DNA from: Alloascoidea hylecoeti | Taxonomy: Eukaryota | Direction of reading: 5' to 3' | Length of the DNA stretch: 64,000 bases | Assembly: GCA_001600815.1 (NCBI GenBank) | Contig: BCKZ01000015.1 | Location: 496,001-560,000 of the forward strand | Part shown: piece by piece, positions 47,090-59,618 of the stretch | How positions within the stretch are numbered: position 1 is the first letter of the stretch | Layout: every line of letters starts with the position of its first letter | Notes under the pieces: model-generated | The model's input: the letters and a program-made list of their open reading frames with translations, nothing else | The model's database searches: none | What the model was told of the DNA's origin: nothing | Program-made: the position numbers and the translations under genes

Positions 47090-48621
47090 ATGGGAAAATC
47101 TGCTAAAAAGGATAAATCCGACAGGGAAAAGTCGAATAAAGGGGACAAAGTGAAAGAGAAGAAAGATAAAAAGTCACTGAAAAAGATGAAATCTATGAAA
47201 TCTGTGGAGAATAATAATAAAGAAGAAGAACCAAAATCCTTAGCTTCATTATTTGAAACCGATGGTGTTAAAGTTGATTCCACTATAGATTCTTTATTCA
47301 GCCAACCTGTAAGCCTTATTTCTATGAATGTTATATTAAGAATTCATGCTGACCTACTTTTTAGACTGGCGCTGCCGTTGTTCCTAAGCGAAAGAGAACA
47401 AAAATTGTCATCGAGAAAGAGAATGTATTAAATGAAGAAACAAACACCCCTGAAAGTGTGTTAGAGAAAGAGGTTGAAATAATAAATGGAATTGAAGAGG
47501 AGGAAAAGGCACCTAGTAAGAAGAGAAAGAGAGCAAAGGATGTAGGAGACTTAGAAGACAAATATATGGCCAAAATCCTGAATCAAACAGAAAAGGATAT
47601 ATCTAAGTTGAAAATAGAAAATGAAAACAAATCTCCATTAATTGAAAAGGAAAAGATCGACAATGATGGTAACTCAGATAATGAAATAGAAAACGCCGAT
47701 AATAAACCCTATGAGAAACTGGAACCGTTAATCCATGAATCTATCAAATTAAAAGAAGAAGAACTTCAAAAAGCCGAAAACACTGTTTTTGTTGCAAATC
47801 TTACGACTGCTGTTATTACAGATAAACTAATAAATAAACAATTCAAAGCTCTATTTGAAAAACACGGTAAAGTTAAATCAGTTAGATTTAGATCAATTGC
47901 TTTTAGTGAAATGTTACCACGAAAATTGGCTATTGCTCAATTAAAACTACATCCCAAAAGAACAGCTATTAATGCTTATGTTGTTTTTGAATCAAAAGAA
48001 GCTATGAGGAAAAGTTTGGAATTGAACGGTACTGAACATTTCGGTACACATCTCAGAGTTGATAGTGTTGCACATCCAGCCAAGCATGATAATAAGAGAT
48101 GCATTTTTGTTGGAAATCTTGATTTCGAAATTGAAGATGAGTTATTATGGAGTTATTTTGAAAAATGTGGAAGAATCGAGTACGTTAGGGTAGTGAGAGA
48201 TTCAACAACTAATGTTGGGAAAGGGTTTGGTTATGTTCAATTTGATGACTTCACATCTGTTTCTAAGGCACTGTTATTGAATGAAAAAAAGCTTCCGGAT
48301 GGACGAAAAATTAGGATATCAAGAGCTAAAAACATAAAACCGCCAACAGCTAAACAACCATTCCTTAACAGAAACCCTAAGGAAAAGTTAAATCTTACCC
48401 AGACAGAAAAGACAACTCTTGGACGTGCTAAACGACTCTTGGGTAAAGCCGATAGATCAACTGCTGGTGGACCTATAATCGAAGGAAATAGAGCGAAAAA
48501 GGGGGATACTGTTGCAGGAATCAACAAAAATAGAAAGAAAGGTAGAACTGTTAAAAAGGCAAGAATCAGAGCACGTAGTACTGATTTTAAAAAGAAGTTA
48601 ATATCTGCCAAAAATAAATAA
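47090..48621 (+). CDS. NOP12: Nucleolar two-RRM protein Nop12; intron 47309-47364
   Basis: DLEDKYM, VKSVRFRSIAF, HLRVDSVAHP, VGKGFGYVQF, LGRAKRLLGKA, IEGNRA. Confidence 0.93.
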
Positions 48622-49165
48622 CTTTTTTGACATTAACCATAAATAGTGATGTATCAATTATAGTCAATGTCATTTGTAATATCGATCTATAGCAATTGTA
48701 AGGTTCGAACTATAGATATCTTTATATATATGGTATATTGTATAAATTAAAATCTATAACTTCCATAAACTCTCAGATATCATAATGATAATGAATGCTA
48801 GTTGCAAACCGAATTTGGTTTTGGAAAGGACACAATTGCAAGTTGATTACTCGCTCGGTCACAAATTTACGTGCTTCTGGTGTGTACTTGTATATGGAGC
48901 ATAAAATAAAGCATCCATAAATTCTTAGTTATAGATATATGAATGTCTGATATTGTGTGGCCATTGTTTGCCCTTTAACTGTTTTGAAGGTTTAACTTGT
49001 AACTTGTAAGGCTTTAATTAAGTATGATGCAATTGATAACGGCAAATCGAAATACCGGTAGAGTTTATCGTGCATTTACTATAAATATTAGGTCACAGCC
49101 TTCCAATCTATCTCCTCTCCTCACCACTTATCTTCACCTTCATCTACTACTACCATCGATATAAA

Positions 49166-50662
49166 ATGGGTCAAGAAGCTTCTATTCCCGTAAATCCGGC
49201 TCAAGAGAAACAAAAATATGTCTCGACTCGCGAATCTACCGTGAGACCTAATGTTGAAAAGGAGCTTATCAATTCTCTTTCGAGTCTTAAGTTCGATTCT
49301 ACTCCAACCTCTGGTTTAGATAACCCAATAACATCATCAACCATAGACACTTGGGAAACTAATCTCTTGTCTGATCCTAAGAATAGGTTGGCCTTGGCAG
49401 CTATTTCTAACAACTCCATTACGAGTGTTATCAAGAGTAACGCCAATTTTAACAAGACTAATGACCATTTCTTTAGTGACACGGTCGCCTTTGAGGGAAA
49501 TCCTATTACAAATCAGAAATCAAGTGGTAGATGTTGGTTATTTGCTAGTACCAATGTTTTTCGTGTTGCTATTAGCAAGAAGTATAAGCTTGATAGTTTT
49601 GAACTTTCTCAGGCTTATCTTTTCTTCTATGATAAGCTAGAAAAATCCAATTATTTCTTGAAAAACATCATCGAAACCGTCGATGAACCATTAGACAGTC
49701 GTTTGATTCAATACTTATTACTTGAACCAACTAATGATGGAGGACAATGGGACATGGTGGTTAATCTAGTTGAGAAATATGGTTTGGTGCCCCATACTCT
49801 ATATCCTGACTCATTCAACGCCACTGCATCTGGAGTCATGGACAACTTCATCAATAACAAATTGAGAGATGGTGCTCTACTTTTACGTAAATTTGCTAGT
49901 GATAAGAGTGTTTCAACAGCTAGAATAAATGATATCAAGGAAAGAATTGTTAAGGAAATATATGATATCTTAGTTATTTCTCTTGGCCCACCTCCAAAGG
50001 CTGATAATGAGTTCACTTGGGAATATGTTGATAAAGACAAGAAGTTTCATTCAGTTAAGACCACTCCTTTGGATTTTTATAAGAACGTTGCTGGCCTTGA
50101 TGCTACTCAATACTTCTCTTTGATTCATGACCCTAGAAATGAATACGAGAGGTTCTACACCGTTGATAGACTTGGTAATGTAGTTGGTGGCAAAGGTATT
50201 GAATATGTTAATGTAGATATCAACGAAATCAAGAAAGCAGCTATTAATTCTATTAAGAACAATGAACCTGTTTTCTTTGGTAGTGATGTTGGTAAGTTTT
50301 CAGATTCATCATCTGGTGTTCTTGATGTTAAAAGTTGGGATTATGAGTTAGGATTCAACACTAAAGTGAATTTAACCAAAGAAGAGCGATTGAGGACAAG
50401 AGCGTCTGCTATGACACATGCCATGGTTCTCACTGGTGTTCATATTGTTGATGGTAAGCCAGTGAAATGGAGAATCGAGAATTCATGGGGTGAAACTGCT
50501 GGTGATAAGGGCTACATGACTGCTAGCGATGCTTGGTTTGATGAATATGTTTTACAAGTCGTTACTCAGCCTTCTTATGTTCCAAAGAAGTTGGTGGATA
50601 TTTGGAAGAGTGGTGATCCAATAGTTCTTCCTGTCTGGGATCCTATGGGTGCTTTGGCATAA
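49166..50662 (+). CDS. LAP3: Bleomycin hydrolase / cysteine aminopeptidase (C1B)
   Basis: ITNQKSSGRCWLFA, MTHAMVLTG, WRIENSWG, and C-terminal WDPMGALA. Confidence 0.97.
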   Translation: MGQEASIPVNPAQEKQKYVSTRESTVRPNVEKELINSLSSLKFDSTPTSGLDNPITSSTIDTWETNLLSDPKNRLALAAISNNSITSVIKSNANFNKTNDHFFSDTVAFEGNPITNQKSSGRCWLFASTNVFRVAISKKYKLDSFELSQAYLFFYDKLEKSNYFLKNIIETVDEPLDSRLIQYLLLEPTNDGGQWDMVVNLVEKYGLVPHTLYPDSFNATASGVMDNFINNKLRDGALLLRKFASDKSVSTARINDIKERIVKEIYDILVISLGPPPKADNEFTWEYVDKDKKFHSVKTTPLDFYKNVAGLDATQYFSLIHDPRNEYERFYTVDRLGNVVGGKGIEYVNVDINEIKKAAINSIKNNEPVFFGSDVGKFSDSSSGVLDVKSWDYELGFNTKVNLTKEERLRTRASAMTHAMVLTGVHIVDGKPVKWRIENSWGETAGDKGYMTASDAWFDEYVLQVVTQPSYVPKKLVDIWKSGDPIVLPVWDPMGALA

Positions 50663-50907
50663 ATTGGGATTATTTTAAATTTAGATAAATGATTGATACG
50701 ATTTTACTTTACGTTAATATAATATACTATCACAGGAATTATTAAAATATAGATATAAATATAATGGATGCTTCTATGTTCTTAACAACATCAGTTTCAA
50801 TTTCTTCAGAAGGTCATTTAACTTAATTATAGGTTACCCTAGACAAAAATTGTTATCTTATTTCATTTCATTTTACTTGTATTCAAAAAGGATTAGTGCA
50901 TTTATAT

Positions 50908-51794
50908 TTACTGTGGAGGAGGTAAAGGTTGAACCTTCTTCTTTTTCTTTTCTTCAACTTGCTCAAGTTTAACTTCAGTTAATCCTTTTTCCTCTAATAA
51001 TGTTGTAAGATATTCTTCAACTTCATCTCCAACATCACCTTGAATAATAATTTCATCTTTCTTTTCAATATTCTTAGTAACACTAGCACCGGTAGCAAAC
51101 TTTGAAGAAAATACTTTAGCAAGTTTTTTCATATCAAGCCCAAACACTTCTAAACCAGAAATAGCAATAACATGTTTACGTTTAGTACGTTCAATTCTTT
51201 TGATAATGACTTTAGATTGTAGCTTTTTCTGTAATTCACGATCAGCTTTGGCTTCATCTTTAGCCTGTTGCTTTTGAAGGTCTCGCTCAATTTTAGACTG
51301 CTTCTCTGTTAGAGTGAGATTTGAAGTAGCAGATACTATACCATCTAGTTTATTATAAATTATAAATTAGTACTTTAACACTGATAAGAATGTGGCGACT
51401 CTAAACCATACCTTCTGAATACAATTTTTCATAAATATCTGGATGATTTTCTTGGACATATTTCTTGCATTTAGTGAATTGACCACCAAATTCACAATAC
51501 TATTTGTTATCTCATGTTAAAATTTAAAACCTCAAAACAAGTGGAATAAAAAGAACATACTTCAAAAGGATATGTGCAGATTGGACAATAAAGAACCTCG
51601 GTTTTCTAGATATGGTTATGTTAATAAGAAGTCTCAAATAATGATGATATTCAAATTCCGTCCGCTGATCTTGCCAACAATACATAATTAAATGTTACAA
51701 TATCATTTTTAGCATCCATAACTTATAGCGGATACATTTTTCTTGAGATTTAATACGACATTTTTGGTAGCAAACTTACAGTTATTGAAGCCAT
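50908..51794 (-). CDS. TMA22: Translation machinery-associated protein 22 (DENR/SUI1 domain); introns 51606-51779, 51500-51560, 51345-51411
   Basis: MASIT|KTEVLYCPICTYPFE|YCEFGG..KVIIKRIERTKRKHV..KFATGASV..IIIQGD. Confidence 0.93.
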
Positions 51795-52338
51795 TTTGCG
51801 AAGTAAAGTGTGTGAGAAATGAAGTAAAATTGAGTATAAAATTTAACAGTTGATCTTTAAAACACACAAACACAAATTTAACCACAAACACAATAAATAT
51901 ATTTAAGTAACATATATACCTATAGTGAGAGACATATAAGATTATATTACTATTAATCTACTCATCATATATGAACTTAATGTTAGCATTGACGATGGCT
52001 AGTGCTATATTTTCATTGATTGGATTTAATCTAGTGCACTTTTGGAAATACTTTTTAAGCAGATTCTCTCTTACTTTTACATATGTATACATATACTCAT
52101 TTTTGGATACTTCATATATCAGAGAGATATTTAAATGCATTTATATAAAATTATAACTTGAGCCACTTACTACTCAGTGTTAATCAACTTACTTTGAATT
52201 GAAAATGAAATCTTATGCTAAGTTTATTACCCGGATATTTATCATCGCTAATATTATTTTTCTTTGCAATGAATATGAAAACGAATATACAAAATAAAAT
52301 TTCATCTTAATTATCTTATTTAAAGTGGATTCATTATT

Positions 52339-53391
52339 ATGGTATGCTCAGACTATTTATTTTAAAAAATAACAGTACTCTGACATTATTTGAACTTAGT
52401 CACGCCTGGAACTATATTCACCTGAAGGATTGCGAGTTGGTAAGATAAATTCCAAGCATTAAAAGTTTACACCACTTGAAGATCTAACAAGAACAGATGG
52501 AAGAAGGTGGAAAGAAATACGTCGCTTTGAATGTCAAATGAATACTCATGCTCCTTCTGATGGCTCATCCTTTATTGAGCAAGGTAATACTAAAGTGATC
52601 TGTATCGTTGATGGACCGACGGAACCTTCAAATAGAGGAAATAGTTCAGTTAGTAAAGCAACTGTTCAAGTGAATCTAAATATCGCTGCTTTTAGTACAA
52701 TTGATAGAAAAAAGAGGCTACGCTCTGACCGGTACGTTGGAACTCACTGTTGTTTTCATGATAAAGATGAGCATTAACAATAAATTTAACATTCATAGTC
52801 GAATCCAAGAAATGTCAGCAAGTATAAGACGAACCCTTGAGCAGACAATGATAACAAAATTGTATCCCCGAACGCAGGTTACCGTTAATTTACATGTTTT
52901 GGCTCAAGATGGTGGTGTGTTAGCAGCTTGTGTGAACGCATCAATTCTTGCTTTAATTGATGCAGGTATTGCCGTCTACGATTATGTTTCTGCCATTGGG
53001 GTTGCCATATATGATTCCACTCCATTATTAGGTATGTTTTATATGTTGCACAAAATGCTGTCTATAAAAAACGCTATTTAACTGATCCTCCTTAGATCCC
53101 AATACATTGGAAGAAGCAGAACTTCCTTTCCTAACAGCAGGAACTGTTGGTAAAAGTGAAAAACTGGCATTAGTTGTTGTAAGTCTCAAGTTTGATTTTC
53201 AATTGATATACTAAATACTTGCTAACTACTAATATTTCAAAAAGATGGAAGATAAAATGCCATTAGATAGACTAGAGTCCGTTCTCGCCATGGCCATTTC
53301 TGGATGCCACAGCGTCAGAGATCTGATGGACAAGGAAGTAAGACGACATGGGGCTGAGCGTATATCTAAGACTAGTGATAAATCTATATAA
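52339..53391 (+). CDS. SKI6: Exosome core subunit Rrp41 (RNase PH fold), 5 introns
   Basis: M|SRLELYSPEGLRV|DGRRWKEIRRF, DGSSFIEQGNTKV, YPRTQ, QDGG, ALIDAGI. Confidence 0.93.
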
Positions 53392-53624
53392 GTATAAATC
53401 TATAATATCTTATGGAATATTTTGTTCAGACCAATTTCATCCTATAAGCCTTATCACGTGCGTATACACAGGGGTTTCTTCCCAATAAATAAATTAAATC
53501 TTATAATTTAACCTCACGTTAACACAATTTCAACTAGAACGATCGAAATCGTCCTAAATCTTATCATATACCATTTAGGAGTAAGATCAAGTCCAGGCAT
53601 ATAATTTGTTTTTCGCAATAAGAA

Positions 53625-56600
53625 ATGTCAGCTCAAGGACAGAGGTATGAGATACTTATACTTGGTAATAGAGTACTTATTATTGAATTTCCTAATTTTT
53701 TTTTTTAATTCAGTGGCAATGTTAATGTTGGAAGAGCTAAATCAAAAAGATGGGTTCAGACAGAAGAAGTAGACTATGACGGTGATGACTGGTAAGTGAT
53801 CTACTATTGCGATGGACACGGAATGTTAAACTAATCGAAATGTTTAGGTCTGATGACGACGGGTATGATGATTATGACCAGTACGACAGTATGCAACAGA
53901 ATTCAGAACCCCATCCTTTGCCAAATTTCAATTTGAATACTTTTAAACAGCAGGCTGGAAATGGTGGGTCGGCTCCAATCGGCTCAGGTTATAACCAAAA
54001 TGCTGCGCCCACTTCCAGACAAAATACTTACCCAGATGATGATTATGATGATTCTTCGGATGATGATGATGCGTCCGCCATGGCCCCATCTTCAAGAAAT
54101 CATTGGGAGCCAGAACATTTAATCGTATCTCCAACAGTAACACAATCACAACCAGAACCACATAAACCTATCCCCAAGCCAGAGCCAGCCAAAGAAACTA
54201 CTCCAACCCAGGAAGCAGGATCGCCTTCACCCCAAAACTCACTTATATCCAAAGTCGAGCCTAAGGAACAGAGAGTCATTCAGCCTCTTCCAGATCATAT
54301 CAAACAAATAGCACCAACTACACCTCAGCACCCCAATTCTGTTAGTGAACATAAACTAGTGCCAGTTGTTATTGACGACTTATACGCTGGAGATGACTAC
54401 GAAAGTGATGATGAGAGTATACCAGGACCTCTGAACAAAGGACCAGCACTAGACTTATCCGACACAAAGCCGATCATTGAACCTCCAAAAGATGACCTTG
54501 AGCAAGGGAGAGAGTCTCCAATTAGTCATGGAAGACTTGAACAATACGATAACGATACGGTAAAATCCGTCATTGATGATTTAACAAGAGCTTTACAGAT
54601 GAGTAAGAATCGCCCCCATTCACCGACCAGAACTTCACGGTCTCCATCGCCTAGACAAAGTTATATTACGCCTCCTTTAAGACCCAAGACAAACAGCTTT
54701 GAGCCATCAACTATAGGCGATATTCGTGAAACTGAAGAAATTCCGTCAGCCCCGAAACTGAAACAACCCACAATTCTATCTTCCTTGCCTCCATTAACTA
54801 AACCACTAGGACCTCCACCACAGGTAGATATTGATCAATCACATTCTGCCGATGAATCATATGTCGATGTGTTCGATGATTATGGGAACGATAAAGTCTA
54901 CAGTAGTGACGAAAATTGGGATGATGAGGATAAGGATGAACAGAATCATACATTAGATGTATCTGAAGCTAAGATTACAGTATCATCTCCAGAACACAAT
55001 AAGCCATTGGCAAAATTTCAATCTGAAGATGATGAGCTACCACCACAAGTTGAATCAGGACGAGATGAACCAACTTCATTCCAAAATCCAGAGTCCAAAT
55101 TGTACTCTAGCCATGCCGATGTTCATTATCCTGTTCTATCAGCCACTGTTAAGAGTACAGAAATTCATTCGTCCTCTGGATCATTATCTACGGGAAGTTC
55201 AGGAAGTTGGTCTATAGCTAACAGCGTGATTAATGAAGAAAATGAACCAAATCAACCTAAGATTGTGGTAGAAAAGGAGCAAACATCAACAGTTGATGGA
55301 AGTAAGTTTGACATTCCAGTTCATGATACGAACCACAATTTAAATGATACAACTATTTCAGAACCTAAAGATAATACTTATGAAAATGATGCATCTGGTG
55401 ATGATGAAGTCTCTTTAATGTCATCTACTTCATCATCCTCAGGTTCAGATGTGGTAGATCTCGGTGGAAGATGGGCACCCCAACCTTCGGCCCAGCCACA
55501 TCCTCAGGTACATAGCGATGAATTAGATTTACCAGTAAATGATGATGGTTATGAATCTGAAAGATTAGCTGATGAAATTTTGGGGACATTTGGTGGCGAC
55601 AAAGATGATAAGCATAATAATTCTGATATCAGAAGGCAATCAATTGTCCCACAGTTAAGCGCTACTAGCTTAACCGAAGCCACACCTAGCTTATCTATTG
55701 ATAGAGCACTTCAGGAAAGAAGACGAAGTCAAGCAGACTTAACAATGCCTGATTTTAGTGATCTTAATATTTCAAAAGATCACGAACCCACTGAAGAGGC
55801 TGTTGTTATCAATCCACCGGAACCAATAACAAATTCAACTAACGCAGATATGGATCCGATTTATACCTCCAAATCCATGTCACCGGTGGTGCAAGAGAAA
55901 GCAGAAGTGATTGATATAGACCAAAAGGATTGTGAGGGTCCAAAATCTGAGAAGTCAATGCTTGATGATCTTAATGGCCCTAATAATCAATCCACTGAAG
56001 AGGTTATTGTTATCGAATCACCGGAACCTACAACAAATCCAACTAACGAAGAGTACGATAAAGTGATTGATATAGACCAAAAGGATTCTAAGGCTCCAAA
56101 ATCTGGGAGGTCAATGCTTGATGATCTTGATGTGGAATTGGCATCTGCTCCATCCTCTCCAGTTACTCCTATAAATGGTCCCAAAACCAATGTATTGACT
56201 TCACCAGAGGTTATAATTATACCATCTCCGGATGAACCAACTAAGAATACTAAGCATGATTCTGTTCCAGAGCACATATCTGAAAAAGGTTCTATCAATG
56301 GTGGTTCAAAGAAACAACAAACAGAAACTGGGAGCATTGACCAAACATTAGCATCATCTCCATCAATTACAAAGCACAAAAAACCCATTCAAGACTTCAA
56401 GAAGATTATGTCTCTACCAAATTCCGTCGTTCGAAGAGAAGCTTTTCATGAAATCCGTGTAAGTGAAGCAGCAATAGATACTGGTCTTCACGAATGGCTT
56501 TCATCAGTTTTGACAAGCACAGCATATAATGATACACCAAAGGCAGCAGGGCCACATATTAAAAACGCCTATCTTCAAGTACAAAGTCAAGGACTAACTC

Positions 56601-56758
56601 GTAAATCTTCAATTTCAAATAAGGTGCAATCTGGTTCTAGACGTGTTTTTTCAACTTCTTCGAATGTATTGGAGAAGGTTGGGGGTAATGCTCATAGCTT
56701 TGCAAAAGGGTTTTTATCTAGAGGTAAAAGAAAACTTAAGAAAGGGTCAGATAAGTAA
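53625..56758 (+). CDS. FYV8: Fyv8-like acidic disordered protein; introns 53645-53713, 53792-53847
   Basis: Spliced N-terminus GRAKSKRWVQTEEVDYDGDDW and C-terminal RREAFHEIR..IDTGLHEWL resemble the conserved ends of Fyv8. Confidence 0.65.
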
Positions 56759-56992
56759 TCGGTAATTGTTTTAGGAATTTAGATTAATTAATAGCTTTGT
56801 TATAATTATGAGTTTGTATGCCATTGCTGTTATTATTTTTCTATGAAAGTTCGGGGAATTTGTTTCTAGGGGCCGAACTATTTAGTAAACTTCTCTCAAT
56901 TTATTGTATGCATATGCAATGCAAATGTGAATGTTGATCATGTGACAGTTATTTCTTTTCAACTTGGTTCGTGTAAACCAGAATTAATATCA

Positions 56993-58291
56993 ATGAACAA
57001 AATAGATTCTCAAGAAGAAAAAGGAAAAGTGGATTCTAATGTCCGTTCAAGATTAAATAGGCTGATAAAACCGTTCTTCACTTCTACTTTGCCTATACTT
57101 ACAATTTCAATAATCCTACATGTTGGATTTTTCTTGTTTGGCCTATATCAAGATGCAAATATGGAAGTGAGATACACGGATATAGACTATTTTGTTTTCA
57201 CCGATGCTGCTCGATATGTTTCCAACGGTATATCACCTTATGAAAGAGAGACTTATCGTTACACACCATTGCTTGCTTGGATATTAATTCCAACGAGCAA
57301 AGGATACTTTTCATTTGGTAAATGTCTTTTCTCGATAGGGGACATAATAACTGGATATTTCATCTTGAGAATTCTACAGCTACAAGGAGTTTCACAGAAG
57401 AAGTCAATAATTCTATCTTCAATTTGGCTATTGAATCCTATGGTTATAACAATAAGTACAAGAGGAAGCTCCGAGGGACTATTGGCTGCTATGATTTTAA
57501 CGTTTTTATATTGCTTATATACACGCAATACTATTTCAGCTGGAATATTCGTTGGTTTGTCTATCCATTTCAAAATATATCCAATCATTTATATTCCTAC
57601 CGCAATTTGGTACCTTCAGAATGGTACGCCGGTGATTTCTGTCCAATATAAAATAATTAGGTTTATTAATTGGGATAGAGTAAAATTTGGAATATTTTCA
57701 CTTGGAACAATTTTAATTCTAGGAGGATCAATGTACAAGATTTATGGATACCCATTCTTACTTCATACTTATTTACATCATTTATCAAGATCAGATCATA
57801 GACATAACTTTTCATTCTATAACATTCTTCTGTATATGTCCAGTGTCGACACAGTCAACGCTTCTAATTCATTGTTTGAACTAGAGCTAACTATTTGGGA
57901 TAAAATTTCTAATCCTGCATTGATAGCTTTTATTCCTCAATTGCTTATCTCTGGTGTTCTGATCCCTCTCAAATTTGCCAAATTGGACCTTTCTAAATCA
58001 TTATTTTTGCAAACGTTTGCATTTGTTACATTCAATAAGGTATGTACTAGTCAATATTTCATCTGGTATTTATCTCTACTCCCTCTGGCTCTTGGAAACT
58101 CGGATCTATTGAGAAACAAGAAGAAAGGAATAACAGCATTAGTTTTATGGGTTGTAACACAGGGGCTTTGGTTAAAATGCGCTTATGATTTAGAATTTCT
58201 CGGAAAAAGCACGTTTTATCCCCAATTACTTATCTCATCTGGATTATTCTTCCTTGCAAATATTTGGATTCTAGGGGAATTCATGAGTTAA
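56993..58291 (+). CDS. GPI14: GPI mannosyltransferase I (PIG-M)
   Basis: RYTDIDYFVFTDA, TYRYTPLLA, ISTRGSSE, HFKIYP, DHRHNFS, FNKVCTSQYF. Confidence 0.97.
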   Translation: MNKIDSQEEKGKVDSNVRSRLNRLIKPFFTSTLPILTISIILHVGFFLFGLYQDANMEVRYTDIDYFVFTDAARYVSNGISPYERETYRYTPLLAWILIPTSKGYFSFGKCLFSIGDIITGYFILRILQLQGVSQKKSIILSSIWLLNPMVITISTRGSSEGLLAAMILTFLYCLYTRNTISAGIFVGLSIHFKIYPIIYIPTAIWYLQNGTPVISVQYKIIRFINWDRVKFGIFSLGTILILGGSMYKIYGYPFLLHTYLHHLSRSDHRHNFSFYNILLYMSSVDTVNASNSLFELELTIWDKISNPALIAFIPQLLISGVLIPLKFAKLDLSKSLFLQTFAFVTFNKVCTSQYFIWYLSLLPLALGNSDLLRNKKKGITALVLWVVTQGLWLKCAYDLEFLGKSTFYPQLLISSGLFFLANIWILGEFMS

Positions 58292-58381
58292 AGTATATAA
58301 AATATATAAAAAAATAAACTTTTTTTAATTTATGACGAAGTTCTAAAATTCTACTGTCTAAATTTTTGAATCAAATGGTTT

Positions 58382-59618
58382 TTATTGATTAAGTGCTCTC
58401 ATCACGGCTTCAAAAGCTGCTAGTGCAGCAGCGTTGGCAGGAAATGACCTATATAGATAAAAAGTCGTTAGCTCAGATATAGAAAAGTATATTATGATAT
58501 AAAATATCGACAAAACATACCTTAGAATAGAAGGAACAAATCCTCTAAAGTACCCCCTCCAGCCTTTCTTGATATAAACAGTTTTACAAGCTTGCCACCA
58601 TGTCTTATATTTGGGGTTTACAACATCATCTGTCATAATTTGTTGTTTAACGACATCAGATGGATATGCGACAGTCCAAAACACAGTAGCTGACAAGCCA
58701 CCAGCCCAGAAATTTATAGCTGGATCCGACATTTTTGTGTTTTTTTTAAAATACTGTGTAATCAATTCATAAGACCCCCACCAAGCTATAAAGTTTGTTC
58801 TAAAAAGCATTGTAGCAAATAACCCTTTATAGAAGCCTCTTAGGCCTCTTTGTTTTATCTGCAATGAATCTTAGTCAGACATATTTAATAATAGATAGAA
58901 AACAAAATGCAGCTTACTAGAATATGAGCACAATTTAACGGACCAGAATATAACTTTGTTTTAGCGTCATACTGTACTTGTAATCTTGCCTTGATATTTT
59001 CAACGGGTGCTGCAACAAAACTAACAGTCCAACCTGCCATTGCACCTAAATTTTATAGACTTTATCAGTATCATTGAGCTTGAAAAAAATTGAATTGAGG
59101 ATACTTACCAGCTATACAATGGCCAATAAGCGGTAATTCTTTCTCGCTGGTGTATACATTATCCATAAGCAGCCTACGATAATTGTGTAGAGAACCGAGC
59201 ATACTTCACAGCTTAAGCTTGTCAGCACAATTGTTTTCAAAGTGATAGAAGCAAATGTGATATACTCACACACTATCCATAACCATCCAACCAATCAATG
59301 GAGGAGTTGCACCTTTATAGAATCCATAGATTCCTTCCTTAACAAATGTCTTATAAACAGCATCTAACGGACCTTTAAAACGACCTTCTGAAGTTTGTAA
59401 CCGAACCTTTATAGTATCGAATCTTAATTTAAAGCATATGATGTTAAATTCTCGGCATAAATTCTTAATTGGGTCTTCTTTCTTCCATTTTATACATACG
59501 GATGTCCTACACTTAGTTTTGCAATTCCCGAAAAGACTCCAGCAATATAACCATGATACCTTGGTGGTGGTTCTCTCTTCACCTCCGCTGGATCAATCAC
59601 TTCTGCTCCATTTCCCAT
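58382..59618 (-). CDS. Mitochondrial carrier (SLC25, carnitine/amino-acid carrier group), 5 introns
   Basis: Three carrier signatures after splicing: VGHP|FDTIKVRLQ, AAPVENIKARLQ and AYPSDVVKQQIM. Ends RSFPANA. Confidence 0.9.
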
